Source: Pachysolen tannophilus NRRL Y-2460 (Eukaryota). From it: a stretch of 47,253 nt of DNA. The stretch is taken from the NCBI GenBank assembly GCA_001661245.1, contig KV454014.1:1146892-1194144 (forward strand), read 5' to 3'. A model generated the notes under the pieces. The model saw only the letters and a list, made by a program, of their open reading frames with translations. It searched no databases and was not told the DNA's origin. Positions 1-11,738 of this stretch are shown piece by piece. The number at the start of each line of letters is the position of its first letter. The stretch's first letter is position 1. A program made the translations under genes and the position numbers.

Positions 1-1
1 T

Positions 2-498
2 TCTCAAATAAATGGGAACAAAAGTAATAGTTTTGTTTCTTACAAGTCAACTCCGCCACTTCGAAGTGGTGATGCCGACAATATAGGTAACATTTCCAGT
101 GATGAACATATTCGACAGGAAGAGAAACAAGACGGGGAGAATAAGAATAAAAATAAGAATGAGGATGAGGATGAGGATGAGGACAAGGATGAAGACAAGG
201 ACAAGGACAAGGATGAGGATGAGGATGAGGATGAGGATGAGGACGAGGACGAGGGAGGTTCAAAGGAAGAGGACGAATCATTTTCATTACCCATTCCAAC
301 GAGTGCTAATTTAGATCAAGATTCTTACCATAGTAGCGTGAAAAAAAAAGAAATCAAAAACAGGACGAGGAGGATCAAGAAGATAACCAGAATAATCAAA
401 ATAATTTTGAAGGGATAAATGTTCTTGGTAGGGATAACGATAATAGTAATAATAATAATGATAAGAATAATAATAATAATAATAATGAAATATGGTAG
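2..498 (+). CDS. 3' end of an unidentified gene with a low-complexity acidic/Asn-rich C-terminus (5' part lies outside the window; possible frameshift at A9 341-349)
   Basis: Frame 2 is open from base 2 (SQINGNKSNSFVSYKSTPPLRSGDADNIG...EDEDEDEDKDED...) to TAA 416-418. Frame 1 from about 349 continues with the same composition (QDEEDQEDNQNNQNNFEGINVLGRDNDNSNNNN...EIW) to TAG 496-498. Not in the ORF track because it has no start in the window. Confidence 0.65.
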
Positions 499-1984
499 TA
501 AGATGATTTAATTTAATTTTTTTTTTTTTTCTTTCTTTTTGAATTGTACACGTTATGTATATTATAGTACCTTTATATTAGTCCCGCCTCTTTTTTTATT
601 TTTTCAGTCTTTTTTGATGCTTCGGGCTTTGGGCCGTCAAGTTTATGCGATTGTTGGTTCCTAAATTATTTATGATCCTCAGTATTTAACTTATATTATA
701 TGTAAATTCCTGTTTCATAGTATAACGGTTTTAGTTCGACCTGGTGTGAGGAAGTAAATTACAGATCAGGATCTACTGATTTATTATTAATCTAAAAAGA
801 ATTAATTTTTTTTTTATTTTTTTTTTGTTACAAAAACAACCTAAAATTAAAACTTTTGAGTGATTCTATTTCTAGGCTATCGTATAATTGAACGATCTAC
901 AACTATTCTTTCAGATAATGCTTAAACTAGTTTCATGATATATCATTTAATTCGAGATGATCAGTTGAATCATTTTTATATGGGAAGCGACACTAAAATC
1001 TCCAGACTAGTTGAAAAACACTTATCATCTGAGGGAAAACAAAAAAAAAAAAAACACTGCTTTAATCTTGGGTTTTTATTATATACCTAATATATTTTTG
1101 CCAAAAAAAAAAAAAAAAAAATAAAACTACTTGAGTCTGGGATAGATCTAAATCTAATGGGGTATTCCTTTTGGACACCATGTAATTTACTAACTTCAGC
1201 TAGTTTGTATTATGTTTCTAATAAGTGTCAGCAATTAAGCGCATTCTGAAATGTGAATCAAAACCGTTGATCTGTTCCGAAATTCCGAAAACGAAAAGTC
1301 TTCTTTAAAACTATAATTTGCAGGCGTTTCCCTCATAATAAGATCCATGTAGGCGCCTAGATGTGCACGAACCCCTTTTAGTCACTGAAACGAAAACATG
1401 TCAAGTAATGACCTGTTGGCTATGACTTATAAGCTATAGTTCATATAAAGAGTTTTCCATCACAAATCAGTTCAAAATATTTTTTATTTTTATTTTAATA
1501 ATTTCGTGAAGTAAATGCAACTAATAACAGATGTAGTTTTTAATTTTTTTTTTTTTCACTTTCCTTTCAAATCGGTTTCAACCTTTAACTTTTTCTTTTC
1601 TTTTTTCAGATCAATGTTGAGACACTAGTCGATTTTTGTTTCACACCTTTGAATCTTGATTCCTATGCAAGCACTTAGCATGAAAAAAATTAAATTTAAA
1701 AAAATAAGATGAAAAAAAAAAAAAAAAAAAAGAAAATTGTTTACATCTTAGTCCTGCAGATCGACCTAGTGAATTGACAGTGGTCACTAGCATTAATATA
1801 TTACACTACAGTAGTAATTTTTAGTTCTATACTGTGCGGAAAATACCAACTTTGCCTCGATCAGCAGCCTTGGATGTGCCGACGGCAGGCGTAAATATTC
1901 GACGTGCATATATTAGGCAGGCGGTCTTAATAGAAGATTTTCCCTAAAAGTACCAAGTTTATTTGCCATCATGACTTGAACATG

Positions 1985-2020
<36 letters not shown>

Positions 2021-3531
2021 ATCTATTTACTAGTGGATAATACCTGTTGTAAACCGTAAAAAAAATTTTTTTATTATTACAACTAATTTTATCAATATCG
2101 TATGAAAATTTTTCCAAAAATAATATTGTCATGGCTTCACAACTCCCTGAATAGTTTTGTACTAAAAAATTCCAGATATTTTCTGTAGTTTTATTCAGTA
2201 AGCGAACGAAAAAAAAATAAAATTTTTTTTAAAGTAGTAAGTAAGTAGTAGTAGTAGTAGTAGTAGTAAAATTAGGGTACTATTTAAAATAAATAGATAG
2301 AGATGGGTTGCTTCTTGGACATATCGTATGTATCGTGTAGGCTTTACAAAGGAAATAAAAACAAATCAATAAGGTCATACAAAAATATAAATGAAACAAA
2401 TTTTTTCAACTTCCGAGTTAAATCTTACTCGCTTCTAAATTATACTGATATACGTTACTTGATAATATGTACCTCCAGGTACGGTAAAAAGTTTTTTTTT
2501 CCATCTTATTATTATATTCAAGGAGTTAAACAGCCATAAAAAAATAAAGCTGTAGCCTCAAGTGTCCTCTTTAAACATATTTGTCTCTTAAGAGCAAGAC
2601 AGGCTTACGTAACTTCTTCCACATTTAATGCAAGTATTTATTCTTAAATTTTTTTCAAACTAGTGCAATAATATACACAATATTAAAGACGTTAAACTGG
2701 TTTACTACTGAATAGCAAAAGGATATTAGAAATAAGAAAGCACGTATAAAAAAAATTTTTTTTTAAGTAATATTCCTGTTAATCAAATCAGAGATGAGAA
2801 GAGGCCCAAAAAAAAAAAAAAAAAAAACTTTAGGTTAAACCTCAAACGAATCAATCGTCAATCATTTGTAAGAAATAAGTAATAATAATAAAATTTTTTT
2901 TTTTTAAATTCTTTCTAAATTAAAAACAAGGGAGCAAGTAGCCACATACAAACATAAATTGATAAAGATTGAATCTAGTCCTAGTTCTAGTTCTTGTTCT
3001 AGTTCTAGTTCAGTATTTTGTCTTCTCATATCTTGTCTATTGAAATTGATATATCAAGGTGTATTTTAGTCCAAACACCGAATATCGTTTTCAGAACAGC
3101 ACTATTATGCATCATGCACAACTCAAAAATATAACTAAACTTTAAAATTTTCCATAGAGCATAATTTTGAACTAAGCTTATTCTTGTAATGTGTCGAGTT
3201 ACCAGTTTTTTTTCTGCTTCATCTCTTTTTATTTATATAGTTAGTTAAATGGATGAATTCCATTTATTTTTTTTTAAAATTTTTTATAGCTTGCTTTTTT
3301 TTTTTGTATTTTAATTTATTTAATTTTATTTTGTTTCTTTCCTTTGTATCTCTCCTTTTTCTTCCTTTTTTTATCTTTTTTAATTTTTTTAATTTTTTCA
3401 ATTTTTCAAATATAAAAAGTTTTGTTTTCCTTTGCAAGTGATTTATTTCATTTTAATTTGATTTAGCAATATTCAATAATACTACCGAAACAGGGAAAAA
3501 GGAAAATATTTTAAATTTTTTTTTTGTGAGA

Positions 3532-4882
3532 ATGTCTAATAGTGAAAGCATTAATTTGTCGTTAACCCCCAGGCCATCTAAAAGAAATGCAAATAGTATA
3601 AGTAGTTCACAAGAAACTGGGGATAAAAATCAAGATATTCCTCTGTGTGAGATGAAAAAAATGAAACTTAACGAAGAGGATCTGTCCGAAGATAAACATG
3701 GAGGCTCAGCAGTTAACAGGGCAGCATATACTTTGACTTGCCTTTTAAATCCTCAAAATGATATTTCCAAGAGAATCAGTGTATCGACACCACCAATACA
3801 GACACAGGCACAGGCACAGGCAGAGTCGCAGACACAGGTTCAATCACTGTCAAAAATAAAGCCAGAGCAAGAACAACAATTATCCAGTTCGAATAATAGT
3901 ACCCCTAAAAGAGATCTGAGTAATGGATCGTCACCTTATGGAGTTGCTATTCTCAAGACCCCAAAAAATGAGATTTTCTCACAAACACAAGATAAATATG
4001 ATGATGATAGTGATAGCAATTCATTTAGAAGTGCAACAGAAGAACATGATGATGATAATAATAATATTAATAATAATAATGGGAAAACTACTTCCAGGCA
4101 ATATAAGAAACATTCTAAATCAAGAAGACCAAGAAAGAGATTTGAAGATGTGGAAAGATTATATTTTTGTGATTTTGCAAATTGTAACAAAGGGTATGGA
4201 TCACTAACACATTTAAATGAACATCGTGTTATTCAAAGACATGGGCCTAGAAAGAAGGCTGAAGATTTTAAAAATGTTCGTTTAGTCTTGGAACAAAGAA
4301 AATTAGCAAAAAGATTAATAAATGCACAACAGAAAATTGAAAGAGTACAAGCTTCTGCTACATCAACAACTTCTTCATCACCAAATGCAACAATGGCCAC
4401 TGCAGCGATTTTGAATACAAATGCTTCGCCTTTGAACACACCGAAGCATCTCGGCATAGGACATCCTCCTCCTCCTCCTCCTCCTGCTGCTCATAGTCAT
4501 GGTCATGCTTCTCATGCTTCTCACGTTTCTCACGCTTCTCGCGCCGTTCATTCCGCAATAATGTCAGCAGGTCCTCCTCCATCACGCCATAATCATAATG
4601 GTGTTCATGATCAACAGCAGCATCAGAAAAACCAAACATCTTTACCTCCAATCAACAACTCAATGTTTACAAACCAGCAAATGATACCAGCAAATGCAGT
4701 TTTACCTCCACCTCCACCGCCGCCACCTCCAGCACCACAGTCACAACCACAACCACAGCAGTCCCAAATGATGATTTCGCATTTCCCTCCATTTCAGCAA
4801 ATGAATCTTCGTCATCACCCTGGCCCAGGCCTGCCACCACAACAACCTGTATTTATGATGCCAGGACAACAGCAGCAACAGC

Positions 4883-4913
<31 letters not shown>

Positions 4914-5229
4914 GCACCAAACTTCACCACCACCCTTTTTCGTTCCTCAACAGAGTTACTACTACATAGAAACCCCACACTCACATCCATCTGCAGCTTC
5001 CAATGGTAACTACCAAGGTCAACATTATATTTATCCGCAACAATATCCACCTCAAGAATCTCAAGCATACATCCCAGCTCCTTCAAATTATTATCCAATG
5101 ATGACACAGTCTCCGCAACCACAATCGGTACTTAACCCAATTTCACTCAACAATTTGCCTCATAAAGAGACATTCAGAAATGGAACACTAGAAAACTACG
5201 CAAAAGACAGAAGACAAGGTGAAAATTAG
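3532..5229 (+). CDS. Con7-like single C2H2 zinc-finger transcription factor with Pro/Gln-rich C-terminal region
   Basis: RRPRKRFEDVERLYFCDFANCNKGYGSLTHLNEHRVIQRHGPRKKAEDFK has C-x4-C-x12-H-x5-H spacing and resembles the fungal Con7 domain as recalled (KRPRRRYEEIERMYKCGWNGCEKAYGTLNHLNAHV). First ATG is 3532; the track's 3526 start is GTG. Confidence 0.75.
4867..4914 (+). repeat. CAA/CAG tract encoding Q16 in the Con7-like protein
   Basis: 16 consecutive CAA/CAG codons read directly. Confidence 0.9.
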
Positions 5230-5265
5230 ATAATTTAGCTTAACTTAACATTACTTAACTTAACG

Positions 5266-5306
5266 TACATACATACATACATACCTACATACCTACATAC
5301 ATACAT
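5266..5306. repeat. Imperfect (TACA)n microsatellite downstream of the Con7-like gene
   Basis: tacatacatacatacatacctacatacctacatacatacat seen directly. Confidence 0.85.
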
Positions 5307-5921
5307 AAATTTCGTCTGATATATATATTTCATTTTAGAATATATATTGCAGACTCATAAATAAACGGGACACTTTATTTCCGGGATATGGAATGGCCAG
5401 ATCAACTTTTAAATTCAACTAAACTTATTATTATCACATAAACTTTGGTCCGCAATTCTGAATTCAAAAGGCATCCGCTGAAAAATTTAAGCAGCGTGTA
5501 AACTGCACGCCTTTAGAGTGCGCATTTAGCTCTTCGAAATGCGCAATTGTTTATCGCAAAAAATTTTTTTTAATTTATTTAATTTTAAACTAAACAAAAA
5601 CCAAAAATCATCTCTTAATATTTAGCAAAACGATTAATCAGAAATTTTTTTTCATTTTATTTTTAAATCAATTTATTTTGTGAGTTATAGATGTATTATT
5701 AGTTCTTGAAGAAAAAGCAAAAGAAGAAGAAGGAGAAGAAGAAAGAGAGTGTTTTTTATTTTATTTTTTTATTTTTTTATAATAAGTTATATTAGTTAAC
5801 TTATATAAGTGTGATTTTTTCTTGTATTCAAAGAGAGATTGATAGAATTGTTAGGTATCTATATGTATAAGAGGTAGCGGCATTGAAAAGAAAAAAAAAG
5901 TTTGTTATTATTATTGTTAGA

Positions 5922-8522
5922 ATGACTGAATCAAATAATAATGGGGAAAGCTGTATTTTTGGGAATTCAAATAATAGATTTTCATCTTTCTCTCCACTTA
6001 CAACTTTAGAGAGCGCTAAAAATGATATTGAAAATAATAGATCATCTAATAGAGAACAGGTGTATCCTTATTTATCAATGTCTCCCGCAGGCGGTAAGCT
6101 TCTAAGAGGTCCAACGTTTAGCTCCTCTATATTGTCTTCCAATGCAGTTATTTCTAATGCATCTACAGGTTTGAATAGAGATTGCTGGTCCCCACTATTT
6201 GTTGATGGTTTAGAAAAAGATTTACCTCCATATAGAACTCAAGAGGATTTAATCAATGAAATTGATTATGATGAATTTCAAAATAGAAGAAATGAAATTG
6301 AACCTCAAGAATTGTATCATTATTTTAATAATGAAAATAATAAAAATTCAAAAAAATTATTTGGAACAAGAGAAAGAATATTTAATAATGACACTATTAG
6401 TAATGGGAATTATAAAGTGAATGATTCACTTTCTCAATTTCAAGATGATTTCAATTCAAGAAATTTTAGTACAAGTACTTCAAAAGTATCAAATAATCAT
6501 GGACTTGTTCCAATTTTCTTGGGAGAAGAAAATAATAATTCAAGTAATACGGTATTTAAAAAGGGAAATGGTTTAATTTCAAATCACGAAGTTTCAAAAC
6601 CAATTGTTTTGAGTAACAGAAATGACAAGACTAATAAAAAATCTCAAATAGAAAACAATTCAAATTATATTCCAAAACCTTCGAAACCAAGGTTTTTAAG
6701 CAAAAATCTTAATAGATCAAAAGATGAAGAACAGGATAAAATAATTGAAAGATTTCAAAATGAATCAACCGAATATTTAAAATACATTGCAGTAATTATT
6801 TTCCAATTTTTAGTAATCATTTTAACACTTTTTTATTATATCTTGAAATTTGCAAAAGATAAAATTGTCTCAACGATTAATAACCATCAAAGTGAAAGTC
6901 AGCACACACAAACAGAGGAATATGCTGAACAGGAAATGAAAAGAGAAAATAATATAGCTGGATTGATATCAAACTCCAGATTACTTTCTCCTTTTCCAAT
7001 TGACACAAAATCATCTTCGCCGTCTTCAAATTCTTTGAAAAGAAGACTTTTATTGAAAAAACCTAAATTTGATTTATTAGAAGCCTCACCTATTGATTCA
7101 ACACCGATGAGCATCGATACGCCTTTAAATAACAAACGGAAAACTAATTTACTGTTTATGCAAAATAGGAATTCATTCATATCCCATTCAAATGATGATC
7201 TGGAAGAAAGTTTTATTGTTAACCCTCTACGATGGAACAATGATGGTGATTACAATGATGGAGATGATAATGGAAAAGTGAAAAATCTAAACCCAAATAC
7301 TTTGAAAGAAGATGATTATGGAACACATTTCTATTTCGATGAAGTTAGAAAAGAAGATAAAAATTCTACTCCAAATATAGAATCAGATCACTACAGAAAA
7401 GTTTTCAACAAAGACGATAAGTTCAAAATACGAATTCAAGAAACAGATCAAAACCTAGTGAAAAACCAAAATGATTACAATGATAGGAACAATGAAAAAA
7501 GAACTTCCAGTATAAGTGATTTGTTTGCGCTGACGGATAGATTCAGAAAAGCTTTTAACAATGGAGTTGAACCACAGATAATAAATGAAAAACGTTATTC
7601 TCAGGAATACCTGTTTGGATATCTTTCTTCAAAATATTCAAGTCCCACAACATTAATGGGAGAGCATTTATTGGGGGATGAAGAATTTTTAACTTACAAA
7701 TCTATCATTCAAGAGAAGAGAAGAAGACAAGAATTGATCAAGGAACAAAGATTAAAAGATCAGGCAAAAGTCAAGCCTTTATCACATGATGAACAACTGG
7801 TTGTTATAAATTACTTAAAATCAACAGACTTGAATAGAATTGTGAAAGACGATTTATTTGGAGTCAGTATCAGAGTGAGGGATTTGAAAACTCTAGAAAA
7901 TGGTAGATGGTTGAACGATAATATCATTGATTGCTATTTATCATTGATTTCCGAAAGGTCAAAGAATAACCTCAAACTCCCAAAAGTTTTCTCCTTTACT
8001 ACACATTTCTACACCACGTTATCCGAAAAAGGTTATCAATCAGTTCTGAGATGGGCAAAACGTAAGAAGGTTGAAGTTACTAAATTAGATTATATTTTTG
8101 TTCCGATAAATACTATGAACTCTCATTGGTCATTGGCAGTCATCAATAATAAAGAGAAAAAATTTCAGTATTACAATTCGTTAAGTTATTTCGGATCAGA
8201 AGATGATAGTGACGAGGTTCAGAAGCTGTATCAATATTCAGGAGGTTTGAAAATCTTAGAAAAATTGAGTAGTTACATGTCTAATGAGCATAAAAGGTTA
8301 AATAACGGTTATTCCGATGTCGATTATGCAAAAGATTATACATTTTATCCTTTGATCAAATGCCCACAACAACAAAATGGTTCCGATTGTGGTGTATTTA
8401 CTTGTACCTTTGTGGAGTATTTGTCAAGAGATATGGGTTTGAATTTTTCTCAAAGTGATATGCCTAATTTGAGGAGAAGAATGTGCTATGAAATTTTAAG
8501 TGAAGCTTTGATTAATCATTGA
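5922..8522 (+). CDS. ULP1: SUMO-specific protease, peptidase C48/Ulp1 family
   Basis: C-terminal C48 motifs WLNDNIIDCY, FTTHFY, FVPIN..SHWSL and CPQQQNGSDCGVFTC, after a long low-complexity N-terminus. First ATG is 5922; the track's 5883 start is TTG. Confidence 0.88.
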   Translation: MTESNNNGESCIFGNSNNRFSSFSPLTTLESAKNDIENNRSSNREQVYPYLSMSPAGGKLLRGPTFSSSILSSNAVISNASTGLNRDCWSPLFVDGLEKDLPPYRTQEDLINEIDYDEFQNRRNEIEPQELYHYFNNENNKNSKKLFGTRERIFNNDTISNGNYKVNDSLSQFQDDFNSRNFSTSTSKVSNNHGLVPIFLGEENNNSSNTVFKKGNGLISNHEVSKPIVLSNRNDKTNKKSQIENNSNYIPKPSKPRFLSKNLNRSKDEEQDKIIERFQNESTEYLKYIAVIIFQFLVIILTLFYYILKFAKDKIVSTINNHQSESQHTQTEEYAEQEMKRENNIAGLISNSRLLSPFPIDTKSSSPSSNSLKRRLLLKKPKFDLLEASPIDSTPMSIDTPLNNKRKTNLLFMQNRNSFISHSNDDLEESFIVNPLRWNNDGDYNDGDDNGKVKNLNPNTLKEDDYGTHFYFDEVRKEDKNSTPNIESDHYRKVFNKDDKFKIRIQETDQNLVKNQNDYNDRNNEKRTSSISDLFALTDRFRKAFNNGVEPQIINEKRYSQEYLFGYLSSKYSSPTTLMGEHLLGDEEFLTYKSIIQEKRRRQELIKEQRLKDQAKVKPLSHDEQLVVINYLKSTDLNRIVKDDLFGVSIRVRDLKTLENGRWLNDNIIDCYLSLISERSKNNLKLPKVFSFTTHFYTTLSEKGYQSVLRWAKRKKVEVTKLDYIFVPINTMNSHWSLAVINNKEKKFQYYNSLSYFGSEDDSDEVQKLYQYSGGLKILEKLSSYMSNEHKRLNNGYSDVDYAKDYTFYPLIKCPQQQNGSDCGVFTCTFVEYLSRDMGLNFSQSDMPNLRRRMCYEILSEALINH

Positions 8523-8967
8523 AAGAAGCTTCTAGGAGTTGAATTTTTATATAGGTTTATAAATTCTTCAATATATTTAATACGGTATTTTTTTATATTT
8601 AGTATTTAACTAGTTCTTTTCAATGAAAAATAGAGAGAAATAAAAAAAAAAAAAAAAAAAGAAAATAAAACTAACTGAAAAGCAAGATATAAAAACAAGA
8701 TCAATCAAAATCAAACAAACATTAACAATAAAAATACTCGATTGAAGAAACTAATAAAGTAATAAACAACAATTAGAGATAAATTGAAACAAAGGCAATA
8801 TTGGTTCAAAGTATAAAAACAAAGGTAAAAAAAAAAAAACCCTACTTTATATATGAAATAACAAATGAGATAAAAAAAATTAAATAAATGTGCGTGATAA
8901 GTGTTGACTTATGGAACTGAATCTTAATTATTTTTAGTTTAATAAGATTTAAAAATGACGAGCTGAC

Positions 8968-11016
8968 TCATATATTAGTAATGTCTTGACCTAACCATAA
9001 ATGTGAAATTCTTGAATATTCTTTAGCTTCGTCAGCTGTGTATTGAATGAACTTTCCTGTGGTTATATCTTTTGGGTCATTTGGTCCACCAACTTTATCG
9101 TAAGCATACCAGAAATACCCGTCGCAACCTTCTGTATATAATGGCATCCACCCCTTTGTGGGCTCATTGATTTTATTAGGGAAATCGTACATTCCATTAG
9201 GAGGAATTATAACAGCTTCAATCTCGATAGGAGAAAGATAAAAATTTTTCAAATCATCAACTGTTTTAAATTCTTCCTTAACCAGTTCCCAATCTTCTTC
9301 CCATGTATTTTTCTTACAATTTCTCACTCCTGAATTTGTCCACAATAGTGTATGATTATCAGGTGAGACATGAGCAGGTTGGATACCTTTGATTTGATTT
9401 GCAATCTTGTAAGTGTGAGTATCAGCTTTTCCTACATTACCACAAGGGTTAACGTTAAAAGTGTAATCTTCATCTCCTGCAATCGAAAATCCTAACCAGT
9501 ACAATTCTTTATCACCGTATGAAGGAGCAGCTGTTGGGAACCAAAATTGTAATGACATAGCAGTTAATAAACCTGTTAAATGTCTTTTCTTATTCATTAA
9601 AACAACACCACTTTCCATAACATGTCTTATATTTTCTTTAAAAAAAATATTTTTTTCTAGTGTATAATCTGTAACTTGATTTATTTTAAAAGATAAAGTT
9701 TCATAAATTGAAGGCATTAGTTTTAAATATAATGCAGTATCACCAGTATGAATTTTTTCAAAATTTTCTCTATCTCTGAAAAAATAAGCACCATTTTTTT
9801 TATAACCTTCTAATTCAAAGAAATCTGTTATTGGAACATAAGGAACAGCATCTGTATCCATTAAAACAACTTCTTCAAATGAATTAAATAATATAGCTAA
9901 CCATTTGTTAAAGTAAGTAATAAATTTATCTCTATAATTACCTGGGAAACATTCGATAGCATCAACGAACCAAATTTCTTGCGGGGAATGATCAATTTTG
10001 TAATTACCAATAATAATATCATTTCTTGCTGCATTGATTAAGCTTGCAACAACTTCATTTGATAAATCACCTTTATGTACAAATTGAATTGGTAATTGAT
10101 TTCTATGATATCTTAATACTCTCATTAAATTTAAAGCTTCTTCTAATAATTGATCTCCCATACTTATTGCAATTCCTTTACCATTCATTTTATTTTGATA
10201 ATTTTGTAAAAAACAAGATTTTTGAGCATTAAATTCAATATTTGGATCAATTGGTTGTTGTGTATCTATATATTGAGACATTATTGGAATATCATTAACA
10301 ATTTCTTCACCTGTCCAACGAGTAAAAGTTGGTAATTTTAAACTTAAAAATGGGAATAATCTTTCTTCCATATTTGTACATTTTTTAGTAGATAAATCAT
10401 TTTGTAAATAACATTTTCCAAAAATTCTTATTGAAGTTACCGAATCAGTTATTGTTTCTTCAATTTTTTTATTAGCACTATATTTTTCTTCTAAAATTTT
10501 ATTTATTTGACTTGGAGAAATAGTTTTAGGATCTTTACCATCTCTTTCATATTCTTCTTTTAATTGAGTTTTTATCTTTTCATAAAAAAAATTTGATTCT
10601 GTATGATATTGATCATTTGAATATTCTAAACCACCAAGATCATAATCTGTTTTCCAATCTGGATTAGTTAAATATAATTGATTAAAATATTCGTCACATT
10701 TCAAATTTAAAGGTTGTTCAAGAAAATTATTTGCATTAATATTTGCATATTCTTTATTATTATTAAATAAATTTTGAAAATTTAATGACATTGATTTAAC
10801 ATTTAAATTATTTAAATATTCCCATTTTTCTCGATCTATTAAAAATTTATTTGTTAAATTAACATAATATTCATGATTAGAATAAACATAATAAATTGTA
10901 ACTTGTATTAATATTATAACAATTAAAATTAAAACTCTTTTAAATGTTCTTGATAATCTTAAATAATTTGGTATTTTATTTTTATAGTTTCCAAGACTAA
11001 CCTGAGCCGAAGCCAT
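8968..11016 (-). CDS. Alpha-1,3-mannosyltransferase, MNN1/MNT (GT71) family, type II membrane protein, paralog A
   Basis: N-terminal TM segment (VLILIVIILIQVTIYYVY); GKGIAIS, LPIQFVHKGDL, PQEIWFVD, NKWLAILFNSFEEVVLMDTD (DxD), FFRDR, MESGVV, YGDKELYWLG. First ATG is 11016. Confidence 0.88.
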   Translation of the reverse strand: MASAQVSLGNYKNKIPNYLRLSRTFKRVLILIVIILIQVTIYYVYSNHEYYVNLTNKFLIDREKWEYLNNLNVKSMSLNFQNLFNNNKEYANINANNFLEQPLNLKCDEYFNQLYLTNPDWKTDYDLGGLEYSNDQYHTESNFFYEKIKTQLKEEYERDGKDPKTISPSQINKILEEKYSANKKIEETITDSVTSIRIFGKCYLQNDLSTKKCTNMEERLFPFLSLKLPTFTRWTGEEIVNDIPIMSQYIDTQQPIDPNIEFNAQKSCFLQNYQNKMNGKGIAISMGDQLLEEALNLMRVLRYHRNQLPIQFVHKGDLSNEVVASLINAARNDIIIGNYKIDHSPQEIWFVDAIECFPGNYRDKFITYFNKWLAILFNSFEEVVLMDTDAVPYVPITDFFELEGYKKNGAYFFRDRENFEKIHTGDTALYLKLMPSIYETLSFKINQVTDYTLEKNIFFKENIRHVMESGVVLMNKKRHLTGLLTAMSLQFWFPTAAPSYGDKELYWLGFSIAGDEDYTFNVNPCGNVGKADTHTYKIANQIKGIQPAHVSPDNHTLLWTNSGVRNCKKNTWEEDWELVKEEFKTVDDLKNFYLSPIEIEAVIIPPNGMYDFPNKINEPTKGWMPLYTEGCDGYFWYAYDKVGGPNDPKDITTGKFIQYTADEAKEYSRISHLWLGQDITNI

Positions 11017-11471
11017 AACTCTATTCACCTATTATTTCTAGAAAACTTTTACAAACAAAGTTTCCTTATTATTAACAAAACTAAAATCAGTAATCTATCA
11101 AATTGATCAATTTATCAAATGATAATAATAACAATAATAATAACTAAATGAAATTTCTATTTAGAAATTTCTTCTCTAGTATTTAAATTCTTTTCTTTTC
11201 TTTTTTTTCTTTTTTTTTTTTTTATTTTTTTTTTTCTTGTAAATATGATAATAATAATTAAAACAATTTGATTATCTTAACTATAATTTTTTATTTCTAA
11301 TCAATTATTATTATTAATACTTCATCCGATAAAAATATATATATATATAATTTAAATAATATTTGTAGCTTCAGATTTAAAATTACAACAAATTTCTATG
11401 GTAAAAATAACTACAATTTCTCTTTTTTTAAAATTTCACTTTATTTTTTTTTTTCAACAGGTCTTTTTTTG

Positions 11472-11477
11472 CACGTG
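11472..11477. promoter_or_regulatory. CACGTG E-box (Pho4/Cbf1-type) about 450 bp upstream of mannosyltransferase A
   Basis: tgcacgtgca palindrome seen; function is inferred. Confidence 0.3.
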
Positions 11478-11738
11478 CATATTTCAAGTTTCTTGTTAAA
11501 ATGTATACAGTTTATGCTGTAAATAACAGACAAAATTTAATTGAATTATGATAAAGAAAAAGAAAAGATGGTCTATAAATGTTTGAATAAAATGGAATCT
11601 GTAGTATTATATAGTTATAGTTCTAAAGAAGAAAAACAAGTGATGATTTTATTTCTAATTTTTTTTTTGATCTTTTTATAAAAAAGATTCTGCACACGAG
11701 TTAGTTCCACCTTTTTTTCAATTTTTTTTTTTTTTTTT

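Noticed and set aside
40..314. Track ORFs 40..294(-) and 99..314(+) (poly-Ser and RM repeats)
   Set aside because: Alternative-frame readings of the GAGGAT repeat in the acidic ORF.
707..753. tRNA-like A box (TAGTATAACGG) and B box (AGTTCGACC)
   Set aside because: The boxes are only 4 nt apart, leaving no anticodon arm or cloverleaf; chance, or at most a deleted remnant.
1188..1199. Perfect TACTAAC followed by TTCAG
   Set aside because: No convincing upstream donor or downstream coding exon found.
3253..3441. Phe-rich 62-aa ORF (also 18314..18607 and 39006..39230)
   Set aside because: By-products of poly(T)-rich intergenic sequence.
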